Below are positions 10,503 to 23,600 of a stretch of 64,000 bases of DNA, piece after piece. Numbering within the stretch: position 1 is the first letter of the stretch; the number at the start of each line of letters is the position of its first letter. Source of the stretch: Phoronis australis (taxonomy: Eukaryota > Animalia > Phoronida); contig NMRA01000796.1 in the NCBI GenBank assembly GCA_002633005.1, positions 77,781-141,780 on the forward strand, in the 5' to 3' direction. The position numbers and the translations under genes are program-made. The notes beneath the pieces were generated by a model. That model was given only the letters and a program-made list of their open reading frames with translations, was not told where the DNA came from and did no database searches.

Positions 10503-12661
10503 ATGAGTTGCCTCCCTGGTCTTTCACTCTGCCGTACACAATGTCTGGAACAACTCGCATTACAGCACAGACAACCGATCAGCCAAGCAGACGTTACTGT
10601 CTTCAAGAAGTACCTCAAGAGCAACTTGTCGTTCCCCAGTCAGTCAAAAGTGATCCGTTGTTTCCCGATGCTCCAGATGTTGGCAAAGATTGTAATAACT
10701 CTCCCATAACTGTTACGCCCCCTTTAGTTACTGAAGAGAATCAAGTCTATTGTAAGAATCCGCTTCCTGCTGGTTGCACTAATGCATCCATGTCAGTTGA
10801 GGAAAGGCATGACTCTACTTCACATTCTGCAGCAGGGGTTTGTGACCAAACTGTGGACATAAAGCTGGAAAGTTATGCAAGCAGTGGCCCAATCATATCA
10901 TCAAATTTATTTCTAGATTCTATAACAAGTAAGCAGTCAGCGGGGCAATTTGCCAAGGGTGTTACTAATCCGTACTTAAATGCAAAAGCAAATGAAACAT
11001 TTGGAGTCACTTGTAAAAATCATTCTCTTGATACTACTCTAAGTGGAAGTGAAGTTGTTCCTGTTTGTGGTTGTAAAGCAAGCGATGGGAAAATTATCGA
11101 TGTCCAGGTGTGCGGCTCTGCCTCATGCGAGTCTCGAAGAATGGAAACTATTGGGATTGGAGAAACATCAGAAATATCACATACGGTGCATTCATCAGTA
11201 GGTACTTTCTCAAACTCAGTCGTGGTGAAATCAGAACATTCTGACCTCGAGGTAAGCAGCAGGAAACAGGGAAATGATTTTACTGAGAGTGATGTTAGTC
11301 AGCATAGGATTCCAGTCGAAGAATCTGTATACCACCCTGAAGTGCCAAACACGCATGGGACAGCCAGATTAGGATTGTTGGAGGCTTGGTCACCAGGTGT
11401 GAAACAATCAGGGTGCCAGGCCATCGTTGACATTCAATCTGGAATCTGGTGTAAAGCTGAATGCCCTGCTGCTGCCTCAAGTAAAACTATCAAAATTTCA
11501 AAACTTGGCAGAAATAGAAATTTGTTCAATAATGGATGGATGTTTACAGGAAACGGAAAAATAGCCGAAGAGAATGAAGACAATATTCCTTTGTTGTTGA
11601 ATGTTGAAACTGACAAGCAGTTTAACCACAGTCTAGACAGGAGAGGTCAACTTTCCCAGGATTCTCATCGGCACGTGACAGTGTCGGGGAATGTGGAGGA
11701 GGTGGTCTGGAAAAACGACATGCTTGCAGTGACACGAGATCTAGAGAATGAGAGACAGCAAGGTGAAGGCCAGATTGTTGAAAAGAACTGCGAAGAAGAG
11801 AAGGTGGACAAGGAATGTGAAAATGAAAGGTCTTCAGCGGAAGGAGGAGATGTGGACAGCAGTTCGGAGTTTGAGGATAACACAGAAGAAGATCCAGACT
11901 TCAATGTGGACAGCAGTTCGGATTTTGAGGATAACACAGAAGAAGATCCAGACTTCAAGTTGGATGAATCAGGCAATTCATCCTGTGAGGAAGACTGTAA
12001 GAGCAGAGTCAGATTTCGCTCTGGTAAGGTATGCAATGAGAAGCAAAAGATGGTTCACTTGAATGACTTATGCAGAAGTCTTGTTCAGAAGCAAGTGGCA
12101 GACCTGATTAAAGTCATCGAGCCTCCAAAGTCACTTGATGTAAAAGACTGCTCCAAGAAAGAATGCAAAATGTGTTGGGACCCGACTGCTTGGCATGATC
12201 ACTATGAGTGCAAGGCATGTCATGTACAGTCGTATAATATTCAATCTATAAAGAGGCACGTATTAATGTTGGAGATCTATAATCCTAGATGTTGCGCTAT
12301 TTGTGGTGAGGAATGTCGAAACAATTATGCTTTGGGAAGACATTATTTTTTTAAACATAAGACTAAGGGACGTGTGTTCAAGTGTACCTACACAGGTTGC
12401 AACTACAGTTCAAACCTGAAGTCAACGATATCACGACACGAAGCTAAAGTTCATCGTAATGAGGAGCAAGTTGCTTGCACTTGGGAAGGTTGCAATAAAG
12501 TGTTTAAAAGTGCTTACAGTCTGAGGATCCACACTCGTATTCACACAAACTCAAAGCCCATCGTATGCTACATGTGTGGATTCTCGTGCAGGCAAAAGGC
12601 GTCGCTGAACTGGCACATGAAAACCAAACATCCTGAAGAACCGTTTTCTTCTAAAAGCTAG
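10503..12661 (+). CDS. THAP/C2H2 gene terminal exon: long low-complexity and acidic linker plus 4 C2H2 fingers (1 more degenerate), ZFP91/ZNF692-like last finger
   Basis: TTACAG acceptor ends at 10502 and the phase matches exon 3. Lies in the 724-aa ORF. Fingers are CAICG..H..H, CTYTGC..H..H, CTWEGC..HTRIH and CYMCGFSCRQKASLNWHMKTKH. Spliced CDS 260+115+151+2159 = 2685 nt = 894 aa plus stop. Confidence 0.92.
11851..11958 (+). repeat. 54-bp in-frame tandem duplication (2x VDSSS[E/D]FEDNTEEDPDF)
   Basis: Two near-identical copies within the terminal exon. Confidence 0.9.
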
Positions 12662-13304
12662 TGTTCCAGACTGCATGTACTAGTATTAGCAGATAAGATG
12701 CGTGAAAAAAGTGTTCTTTTATGCATATTGAATGTGTGTTTTATGATGTTTTTCCATATTTTTCAAATGATGTGGAGAGCGGGCCTGGGATATTTTTGAC
12801 AGGAACACCCTCAAGTTCTTTCTCTATTCAGATGCCAAAAGGAGATAGGCCTGCCTGTATTCATTAGCACCACCTGAAGACTATAGAGTCACCCACTGGA
12901 CATTACTCTAAGCAGCTGTGTATAATAATATTGGCCCTCGCTATTCCTCTAAATCCGTTTTTTCAGACACAGACAATGCAGACGTTATTTTGGCAGGACC
13001 GATGTACCAGAGAAAGTGGCAAATTGAATGTTTGAAAGGCAAATTGCGGGGAAGAGTCGAAGGGTTGCAAATATCAATAAAGGTTACAACAACAGTGGTA
13101 GTAGAAGTATGGGAGTAGATTTATATATTGGATTAAAAACTTGTTCAGGACCGTGAATGCAGCAGCGATTTCCAACACCATATGCAGGCTAATACATCAA
13201 AAATTAAAAAGAAATGTATGTACGGGCTTAAGTTTTAATCTAAATGATTTGAAAATTAATAAAACTAGACAGAAAAACGACAGCAAGAACCACAACACCT
13301 TCCT

Positions 13305-13598
13305 CAGGGGCGGATCCAGGATTTTGAGAAGGGGGGCAGGGCGCAGGAATAACAAGAATTTCGCCTTATGCGCGCGCCCAACCTAAAATGTAGGGGGTCT
13401 CGAATTTTTGGGTTTGTGGACCTTATTACTAAAAAAGCAGTTTTTTCAAGGCCTATGCATTGTGAATTGCCCCCCTCTAGCCCCCCTGGGTGCGCGCATA
13501 TGCTAGTCAGTAATTTGCACAACGAACTGCCAAATGGAATCTGGGAGAATTTCAGGGGGGCACGCCCCCCCCCCCCTCCCCCCCTAAATTCCCCACTG
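13305..13598. mobile_element. GC-rich MITE (CAGGGGCGGATCC...CCCCACTG), 5-bp TSD
   Basis: Imperfect TIRs with poly-G/C tracts. Flanks are TTCCT/GTCCT. Confidence 0.7.
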
Positions 13599-13670
13599 GT
13601 CCTAGCATCGAAATCGTAAAACGCACCCTGTACTTTGTCTTCTACTGGAACATGTTACAAACTTTAGCTT

Positions 13671-14522
13671 GATTGAACATACGACATGACACTTTTCATT
13701 GTTGACTGTCTTTATTCCGTTTCGTTCATATCTTCGGAATAAAACTCTACTCTCAACCGAACACAGATGAAGTAACTGACCTAGCGACATAATTAAAAGG
13801 TACACAATATTTCGAAACATACTTGTTTCATTCTCAAGCGAACATAAAATGACACAGTAATGCAACCACAGAGCATAAGCTGGAGACATACATAGTGGGA
13901 CACGGCGGGTGTGAAATACTGCAAAGAATGACTAATGAAGGGGGGTAACAGGAAAGTCACGCAAACAAGTGTAACGTGCGGCGCGACCCTGTTGGCTGCT
14001 CATTCAAAACAGGCTTCTCAAACTGCAATCAAAGGGGACTCTAATACTTTCAATCGCAGCATATTGTGCTCTACGTACCGAATTGACGTGTTTTCTAGAT
14101 TTCTTGACGGGTGATTTTACGATCGTGACATTGCAGAAAATGATCTTGGATGGCGCCGTTTTGAAGATGCATAGATAACCGTGCAAATGTCAAACAATGT
14201 TACATTGGTCAAACGGTTTGCAGTCTTTCCTGTTACCCCCTCCCCTTCATTAGTCATTCTTTGCAGTATTTCACACCCGCCTTGTCCCACTTTGTATGTC
14301 TCCAGCTTATGCTCTGTGGTGGCATTACTGCGTCATTTTATGTTCACTTGAGAATGAAACAAGTATGCCTATGTTTCGAAATATTGTGTACCTTTTAATT
14401 ATATCGCTAGGTCAGTTACTTCATCTATGTCAAGTTCCGTTGAGAGTAGAGTTTTATTCCGAAGATATATGAACGAAACGGAATAAAGACTGTCAACAAT
14501 GAAAGGTGTCGTGTGTTCAATC
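13671..14522. repeat. Foldback/palindromic element with ~290-bp inverted arms
   Basis: 13671-13956 is the reverse complement of 14225-14522 with few mismatches and indels. Spacer is about 270 bp. Confidence 0.9.
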
Positions 14523-16117
14523 AGTTCTGTATATTCGAAAACTTGCTCGCCAAGTACAGCCAAACTTTAGCTTTAGAATCATCCTATTGCTTTACCAGTT
14601 CTGTTCTGAGAGCATGGTCTTCCGTAGTTTCTTTCGACTTAACGCAAATAAACATAACGTTAACTGGTCGTGATAGAATCTCAGGGGTTACAGGGACTAT
14701 AAACTTGACACGCTTTTATCAGCAATTTCAGTCCCACTCGGCCGCTGTAGGGGCAATAAACATGATACTTACATCTGGTCTGGCAATGGAACTACTTTTT
14801 TAAAAGTGAATGGTAAGATGCCTTGAACGTCAACACAGCCTTTACATATGAAACTTATTTCGACGGTCAAATTTACCATACGCGACATTAAATTTATGCA
14901 GTACAGCACTTTTGCGACAAGTCTGTTTAGTTAACCATCTACCGAATTAGAACTGGGTTTCAGGAAAAGTACAAACAAGTCGCAATATAACGTTTATAAC
15001 GTTCGATCGCTCCAATATAATCTTTCACCAATTCGTTTTTAAGGAACACGAATACAGAACTTGTAACACATGCGTGTTTGTGGATGGTAAGCCTATAACC
15101 ACCAAATGACTATGTCACGGTAGAACCGCCGTTCAGCATTAATCGTAAAGTGGTGGTCTTAAAAATTCACGATAATCCTCGTGGAAAATAGATGAAATTT
15201 TGAAGCAAAAACTTTTTTTCAAAAACTTTAGTGTTATTTTTCGTCCAACTTCCTTCCGGATTTTCGCCACGACTTCCGACAAAACTCGTAAACTCTTGAA
15301 ATTAGCCTCATTTTTCGTCCGATTTTCAGTGGGATTTTCGCTTGAACACGGTCACCCGTCGTTCTCATTTTGAAACGGCAAAAAACGACGAAACTTTACA
15401 GTTTACACATGTGCTCACGACACCCACGAGAACGCCGGGATTACTTAGAATACTGTGGCACTGCGAAAATTAGACCGTTGCGGATTCGTGAAATTTGTTA
15501 CTTTCTCAGGAATTTTAACTCAGGTTTATTGATATTCCACGCTAATTTCTGTGTATTTTCTTTGAAATTATAAGTGTAAATTAAACTCTTAACGGATATA
15601 AAATTCAAAACAAAGGAAACTGCTTTACCGCGTAGTAATACTAAAAGTTACTTCAAACTCGGCTGATCTGACCGAAGTTAAAACTTTACCGATATTTACG
15701 GAGAGAGAGCACGTACGGAGGTCAATATTATGACGATTTCTAATCTTCTATTAGTTTAAAGAAGAGCGAAAAAGTGAAAACAGACGTATTGTTTCGTTAG
15801 GCAACTCTAATCTTAACGCCATCAGCTAACGTGTATTAGCGTGAAATCACATGTTAGGCTTACTGGCCAAACAAAGGCATGTGGTTTACTCAGGAATTTC
15901 GACCGACCCGAAAATGAGGGAGGATTTTCGGGCCGGTCTATCACGACCAATGTTACATGTATGTATCATGGTTGAGATCAGCTCAGCCGTTGTTGTGGAT
16001 TTGGTTATAGTTACCAAAACTAGAGAGGTCACACGTAAATGTATGTAAGGATAGTCGGCGATCAGCCAGGATAGTTGAGTGTACTTGCTCATTCAGTGTT
16101 TCTTAACCTGACTGGCG

Positions 16118-16280
16118 CAGTGGCGGATTTAGGGTGGGGGTCAAAGGGGCCATGTCTCCCCCCTTAAAATTCTCCCAGATTCTATTTGCAGTTCAGGGGT
16201 GCGAATGTCTGACGGACAAAATTCTGGCTAGTACTCTGCCCTGCCCCCCCTCTTAACTCAAAATCATGGATCCGCCCCTG
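16118..16280. mobile_element. MITE with perfect 5-bp TSD (TGGCG)
   Basis: CAGTGGCGGATTTAG...GGATCCGCCCCTG flanked by TGGCG on both sides. An inverted relative lies at 53641-53792. Confidence 0.8.
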
Positions 16281-17249
16281 TGGCGTACCGACAAAATGCG
16301 GGTATGTTGTAAGGAAACGGTGGCAACTACAGTATACCCCTGAATGGTCGATCCTTGTTGCCGACTACCTTCTAATGCTGAGTTCTTGTGAGATGCAGTG
16401 AATCGATTTTCTCATCGACTGTTTACTCCGTTCCTAGTCAAACCCGGCGTTGGCAGTTCTGATTGAAAGGCGTTGGCCGCTGTTACTTATCTTATTTGGT
16501 ATTTTCTACAATCCAGAGTCGCCCTAATGGAAATCGGCCTTCAAATGTTCACTTCGATTATCAGGTACATTAAATTTCACTTCCATTGCCTGTGTCAGAA
16601 GCACCGATTTTGCAGGAAAATTGGCCTCGTCGATTATCAGCTACTGCATAGATTAATGTCAAATTTGGTCCAAGTTGATGCGAACAGAATCTCTCAGGCA
16701 TGTTGCAAAACAAAAAAGTTAATGTAAGAGCAGATTGCTTTTAGACCACCCTGTATATTTAAAACATTGTCAGTGCTGCTGCATGCCTCAGCTTATTTTT
16801 TAAGTTGGTTTTACTAGAAATGATACCAAAGCAGCCAATTGCTGGCATGAGTGGGGTCACGACCATGGTAGTTGATTCAAATCGGTGAGCCGGACCTCTA
16901 ACATGGCTGACCTGGTCGCATCATCGTGGTTTACACGAAAACGAGTCTACGTAAAATGTCTCTTGTTTTACTTGTGAATAGTGTAGGTTCAGACATCACT
17001 TTTTGTTATGAACAATTGTCATGTGTGTCCACAGAAATCTCCCTCCCGGTATGTTTGTCGTTCTTCTTAAACTTTACTTAGTGATGCATGGGCAACGCAG
17101 ACACTAGGAAAAACAGGGATACGTTTTGCCGTTGTTTAATGTTACGAAGACAACGATATACCTTTTAATAATAATTCATGCATTACACAGCAGTTTTAAA
17201 CTACAAGTTACCTTATTGCTTGCATTGGAGTCTTCACGTCCACGTCCGG

Positions 17250-19790
17250 ATTATGTGTTCCTCCCGCAGTTGTTGGAGCCAACAGTGCGAATATGACGAT
17301 GCCATTGGAAAACTCATCGACGCCGAGACACTGAAGTACGGTTTCACTGATGTCAAACTACTAGAAAAAGTTTACGCCTTGCCCAAATAAGCAAACACTA
17401 CCGACATACTCAATACAGCATGAGTAGAGGAAGCCGCCCAACGCCACCTTCGAGAAGTCGACAATGTCAAGCGAGAGCAAAACCTCATAGTTGAAGCTTA
17501 ATTAGAGGAGATCAGAACATGGAAACCAAGAAAACCAAGGGAAGAAACGAGGTGCCGGAAGAGCACCGGCACATCAAAATGTAGCCGATATGGGACCGGC
17601 AGAGCATGAAGCAAGCCAGTGTCCATCCTATGGGCAAATGTGTACTAAGTGTAAAAGACCCGGACACTTCACCCAATTGTGCAGAACGAAAGTTCCACAA
17701 TTACCTACGACGCAAAACCCGACAAAACCAAAACAAAATTACTAAGGCAGAAAGAAGTTCCACGAAACCGCTTCTGCAGACTGTTCCTCCGAAAGCGAAA
17801 GCTCGTTTTCAGACTACGACATGTCCGAAGTCCAACGTGAAAGAACAACCGTGTGTGGCAAGAAGATGCCCAAACACGTTACATAGATGTTCTTCAACGA
17901 TGTCGTGGGACCCGACACACAGTACGCTGTGGTACGCTTGAGTGTGCCGTATGTAATTGTGCCAGTCAAGCTACAAGGAAAAGTCAACTCTGGGGAGCAA
18001 GTAAATCTCACGTTTATCCCAACTTTCAGAAAGATCTTTGGTGACAAGTCCAATGAAATTCTCTCATTCGCTCATCAGGGAAGTTAACCGGCTATGATGG
18101 AAAAAGATTTACAATCCATGGTAAATTTCGTGTGGAACAAGTTTATCATTAAGTCGAATTTTAGGTTTCGGACTATGGGAGCAACCTATTCTCCCTACGG
18201 TTATGCAAAGCCTTGCAAATCCTTAAGATGCTGTGCGACAAACCAGGAAGTTCTGAAGGCTGTCAAGGTGATATCAGCGAAGTTGAGAACCAGTCAAGCA
18301 CAATCTAAAAGTCACAAACGCGATAGCAGTAAACACGACAAAACAAGTCATCAGAGACGCTAGTGATGTTTTCACAGGTGATTGAAAGCTGAGAAACTAC
18401 CAGTACAAAACGCAAGTCGATAAAACAGTTATGCCGATGGTATGTCCACCAACAAAAGTACCTGAAAAAGTGAAAGAACAGTTGCTAAGCGAGCTAAACC
18501 GAATCGTGCACCTCGGGATCATAAAGAAGCAGGTCGAGGCGACACCCTGAGTAATAGCCTGGTGTGTGTATCCAAGCTTAATAGCACACAATTGCCGACC
18601 TTCAACTGTCCGTTTGGTAGATACAGCTACCACGACTCCCATTTGGTCTAAAAGCGCTCAAGATGTTTCCCACAGAGCAATCGACGAGATATTTTGGGAC
18701 ATCCCAAACATGTTCTGCATTGCTGATGACATTCTCGTAACAGCATCAACAGAATCAAGCGGGCTTCCGGGCGGGACGCAGCACCGAAGATCAACTAATC
18801 CGCCTGTCGTAATTAGTCATTGATGGATTGATTACTGACGCTAGCGTCGTTTCTAACCTTCCTCACAGGTTAACGCGACACCTCTTAGCAAGGTAAGGTC
18901 GACCGTATGCGAGGCGATGTGGATATAGACCGATTAAGACGGCAAAAAGACTAATTAAATCGGGTGGCATTCTCCTTTAACAGCACACAATTTACTGGAA
19001 AGCCTCAAGAAGTCCGTGGCAACAGCTCAGACCCTAGCCTATCTTGACCTAAACAAATGCATGATAATCAAGTGTGATGCTTTACATGAGGGGCTCAGAG
19101 ATTGTCTAGTCCAAGATGGCAAGCCCGTAAGTTTTGCTTCTCGCAGCCTGGCAGACGCAGAGACGAGATACTCCAATATTGAGCGAGAAATGCTTGGAGT
19201 AATGTTGTCTGTTTCACACTACAAGCAGTATGTGTTCGGAAAGCATTTTGTAGTGAGAACAGACCATGCACCTCTGCAGCCCATATCTTTAAGAAGGACC
19301 TGCACGGCATCCCTCCACATTGGATACTGGTGCCTACATGTCATGAAGTCACAGCATAGGCAAGATCTGGCTCAAGATTGATGCTTCTTTCCTACATTGT
19401 CTCTCATTAGATCACTTAGCTTGTGTTTTACCAATTTTGATGAACTGACAGACAAGTCTGTTTGTTTTGTCATCAGGCTTGATATTTTCTACATCTGACT
19501 GTTCAGATTGCAAATAGTGAGAAATGCTTGGAGTAATGTTGTCTGTTTTACACTACAAGCAGTATGTGTTCGGAAAGCATTTTGTAGTGAGAACTGACCA
19601 TGCACCTCTGCAGCCCATCTTTAAGAAGTACCTGCACGGCATCCCTCCACGACTGCAGAGAATGGTGAGCATGCTGCAGAGCTTCAACCTCACCATCACG
19701 TATAAGAAAGTAAAAGACTATAGCCCAGTATTTCTCGTCCACTGAAGATGAAACATTGGCTGGAATTACACTCAACAAAGATTGCGGTAA
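17250..19790 (+). mobile_element. Degenerate Ty3/Gypsy gag-pol relic
   Basis: Zn knuckle CTKCKRPGHFTQLC (~17640), decayed protease KVNSGEQVNL, RT IPNMFCIADDILVT, and RNase H IKCDAL..G...LVQDGKPVSFASRSL..AETRYSNIEREMLGV...TDHAPL. Many stops and frameshifts. Confidence 0.85.
18765..18980. mobile_element. Solo end fragment of the Kolobok-like family, inserted in the Gypsy RT
   Basis: About 130 bp matches 31190-31323 and ends GGTGGCATTCTCCT-TTAA. Confidence 0.7.
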
Positions 19791-20180
19791 ATGATCTGGG
19801 CCAGCAACGTCACTTCCGGAGTGGCGTATGCATAACTACTTATAATAGGATTTTTTTATGGACTCAGAAATCGCATTTGACCAAAACGCTTACACTTCCT
19901 TAAAAAAATTACTAAGGCTGTGCACGCACATTCACACACATCGTACTTTCTGAAAGAGAGTTCAGACGCAATCATCTAAAATTTAACAGAGCTGTATATG
20001 ATCTTTAATGAGAAACACCAACTGGTCATCACCACCATTATCAGCTTCGTGCCACTGAGTCAACTGTATGGTCGCTCGTGCGCTCTGTCTACGGTACTGT
20101 AGCTATAGGGGTTGACTGGAGATTGACTTCCTTGCAAATACAAATTGAACGTCTGGTTAATTTTCAGTTTTATTTTACAG

Positions 20181-21328
20181 GTACTTAACGATTGTTTGGA
20201 AACAGGTATGCTTAATATTTTATCGACCATTATCAAATTTACGGTCTTTGTTACGTACAGACCGTGTAAGTGAAATAAATTGTTTTTAATGTGCTAGTCC
20301 ATTGGTTAAGGTCTACTTACGTACGTTATATCTTCAGCGTTGATTAACGGATACTGCTGTTTTCCGGCCACAATTCGCATTCTGTTGGCCGATAGAGTTC
20401 CTGTAATCCCGTCCGACTGAGCAAAAATTTAAAACTACTATCAGACTGTCCAAAAATCAACTTTTACTTGTAAATGCTTGTTCTTAGTTAATATGCTACA
20501 CATGTAGAGAAACTTTCTATCGGGAAGAGCTGTCATATAAATCTTGTTTGGGACCATGCTCGGCGTAAGAAATTATTAGCCGCCGCGACAGGCTAACTTT
20601 TTGATCATCACTCTAAGAAATCATTTCCAATACGAGTGTTAAACAGGCTTGAACTACTTTCATTGTGGTAAATGGTTGAATTTTGAAAGCTCTATCCAAT
20701 ACCTTTCATATTTTCAGCTTTAAACTACTCGGGTTTCCTGGTCATTTGGCCCTTTAACAGCACGAGTTCACTCGACGTACTTTGTCAGGATGGTTGGACG
20801 ATCATTCAGCGAAGATTGGACGGAAGTCTTAACTTTAAGAGGACCCGGCCTGGAACGACTACAAAAAAGGGTTTGGTACACCTGACGGGGAACTGTGGCT
20901 TGGCAATGAAAACATTCATTACATTACCGAACAAGCAAGGTACAGACTACGGCATGTTATGACGCAGTGGAATGGTCGAAATGTGACACGTGACCAGGCC
21001 TCCTCTGCAATTGACAGCGAAAAAGAATAGTACAAACTAATCATATCACCGCCAAATACTGCAAACTTAACATCTAAGACTATGAGAAATGAAAATGGGT
21101 ATTGGTTTTCGACATTTGATCAAGACAACGACAACAACTCTAAAAATGGTAGAAAAGGCGTCTTGTGGTTGGTGGTTCTACAACTGTGCATCACTAAATT
21201 TGAACACCAACCACCCGTACAACGGATATTGCACTGGAAACAGTTGGAGATGCATGCATTATCAGTCAAACGCCAAAGATGTGTACCTCCTTAAAGAGAC
21301 GGTTATGAAAATTAAGTCAAGCGTGTAG
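20181..21328 (+). pseudogene. Fibrinogen-related (FReD) pseudogene, tandem paralogue of 24792-27518
   Basis: 25-nt micro-exon 20181-20205 (VLNDCLET) and last exon 20718-21328 (CQDGWTIIQRR.DGSLNF, GELWLGNENIH, FSTFDQDND, GWWFYNC) with two frameshifts and a TAG near 21030. Flanking intron sequence is homologous to 25830-26400. Confidence 0.88.
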
Positions 21329-22564
21329 TTATAACATTTTGACTTCCTTAAATAAACGAGAAATGTCGTAGTTCATCACTGCTAACCGTGCTGAAAGGAA
21401 AGCTTATTTACATCAATGAAATTTTATCACCCACGGCAAAAAAATTCATGCAAATTGAGGATTGTTGTTGAAAGAAGTAAAATTTTTAAAGTTGTTAGTT
21501 TTGAATAGGCATCTATTTCATCATAAAGAAGACAATTTGACCTTACACTACCACTTCACAATTGCTGAAAAGAGAATTAGACAAGTAATTGACCTATCAC
21601 AAACCCCGACCCCTTGCGTAATGTTGACTAACAAATAATAAGTTTTACTCGGCAACGGGTTGTTTGTCGGGTAAAATGGCGACTTGGAAAGGAAGGTGTG
21701 TCAGGAATGATGAGTTCTAAATGGTAAGTTAAGCCGTCACTCAAAGTCCTGTCTATAGGTCAATTGCGGGCAGTCTAGAAACAAGTCGTAGAAATTATCT
21801 CAGTAATTACCAGCTGTATGTATACCGTCAGTGTCTTTGAACATTTGCTCCGGTGAGATTTATTTATTTTTTCTGAACTAGTTTCGTGGAGAGTGGCAGA
21901 GCAAATATTGACCGGCTTGCAGGCAACTTCAACGGTTGGAGTGTTGGAACAAGTAACGAAGCCACCAGTAGGCCTACCTACAGGGTAATCCTACCAAAAT
22001 TCACAAACTGTCGAAAATATAAATCTCCATTCGTTATGACCTGGAGCCGAGTGATGCTCTGCCATTTTAGATTTGCGCCAAGTCGGAAATAAAATTCAGA
22101 TGTTCCGGTACAATTAAATAACAAGGCCGTATATTCGACTGAGCTCAGCGCGTTTGACAGGGAGTCGACCGACTTTCATATCAAGCGACTGTCTATCAAA
22201 GTGTACCAACTTCTGCCAAAACTCAGAAAGAAAACTTGATATGTTGGTTAATGATATGGCATAGTGTCAGTACTGGATAGCGTTGTATTTTGTATGATAA
22301 GTAATTATTTCATGTGAAAACGAGGCGTTCTCCGGGCAGGATTCGAACTAGGCTTCTCAAGGATGAGTGTCCGCGAACATTCACAATTTGGCTAAGCGTT
22401 GTTACTTTTGAACGCGTTGGTTTGTGAGTTTATGCCCATGTTAGGAGACGTGCCGGTGATTGGTTGGAAATGGTGCGCTATTGCTTTTGAGAGCATTCCA
22501 ATTTCTGTATTTCTTTGGAAAGGCTGCGTAATTGCTTCTCTGAAAGTGTTTTATCACTTAACAT

Positions 22565-22800
22565 GAGATAAGCACTTTGTCTCATTTGAGACGAGATTAG
22601 CACTTTGTCTCATTTGAGTGAGACTAGCACTTTGTCTCATTTGAGATGAGATTAGCACGTTGTCTCATTTGAGACGAGATTAGCACGTTGTCTCATTTGA
22701 GTGAGACTAGCACTTTGTCTCATTTGAGATGAGATTAGCACGTTGTCTCATTTGAGTGAGACTAGCACTTTGTCTCATTTGAGATGAGATTAGCACTTTG
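22565..22800. repeat. 27/28-bp minisatellite, ~8.5 copies
   Basis: Unit GAGA[T/C]TAGCAC[T/G]TTGTCTCATTTGAG[AC/AT/T]. Confidence 0.95.
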
Positions 22801-23059
22801 TTTGCTTATGATTTGTGGTACTTTGTGGGATGCCATTCACTATTGTGTATGTACTATTCGTCCATTTTGTTTTTATACTCTTCAGATTTTGCCATGGACT
22901 GCATCTGGTTGACCTAGCTTGACACTGCTGTTGCCTTTGTACGGCGGCCTTGTTGTTTTAGTATGTGTGTGTGGCACTCTTCGAATTAATGCGACGTAAC
23001 TACCTGTACAGTGTGATTAGCTTTCGCTAGAAAATCAATGACTTAGAAACCAAGCCTTG

Positions 23060-23600
23060 CCATTGAGTATGGCTGGACGTCCAGTTGAGAACGTGGGTTC
23101 CTTTAAATATCTGAGACTAATATATGATCAAAATTTAAAAATTCTCTCACCACGTTGATCGAATCTAAGAAAATTGGCGTATTGAAACGCATCATTAAAT
23201 TTGTGAACAGAGTAACACTGAAAACCGTTGTCACTGCAATCATTCAACATCACCTAGATAACTGCCTTCCGCTGTGGGGCGCTGCATCAGAGAAGGACAT
23301 GAAACTATCCAGGTTATCCAAAATAGGGCTGCCCGGATTATTCTGGGAGCTGGTGGGAGATATTAACATTGAAAACCTTCATACCGAGACTGGAATAATG
23401 AAAATACACAATAGATATTAATTCCTATCAGCTTGGTGTATGTACAAATGTTTTAGTCGTCTTGTCCCAACAAACTTAAGTGTTAAGTTTACGATGACTG
23501 CTAATCGCTATAACACTAAGGCCTCACTGTCATCCAATTTCAGTCTTCCAAAACCAGAAACGAAAGTGGAAAAATCATTTTCTTACAACGGTAGTTATAT
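23060..23600 (+). mobile_element. CR1/L2-group LINE RT 3' fragment
   Basis: KIGVLKRI...TLKTVVTAIIQHHLDNCLPLWG...IQNRAARII...KSFSYNG, frameshifted. Confidence 0.75.

Noticed and set aside
11665-12062. Antisense and alternate-frame ORFs over the ZF exon
   Set aside because: Shadow ORFs of the low-complexity acidic coding region.
15850-16090. Missing PAN exon of the FReD pseudogene
   Set aside because: Only a weak CCGFGY resemblance with stops, and no nucleotide similarity to 24792-25124.
22325-22352. tRNA gene (minus-strand GTTCGAATCCTGCCCGG)
   Set aside because: Only a T-loop/B-box-like fragment; no cloverleaf could be built. Possibly a SINE remnant.
22565-22800. Possible CRISPR array
   Set aside because: Head-to-tail units with no unique spacers, no cas genes, and a eukaryotic context.
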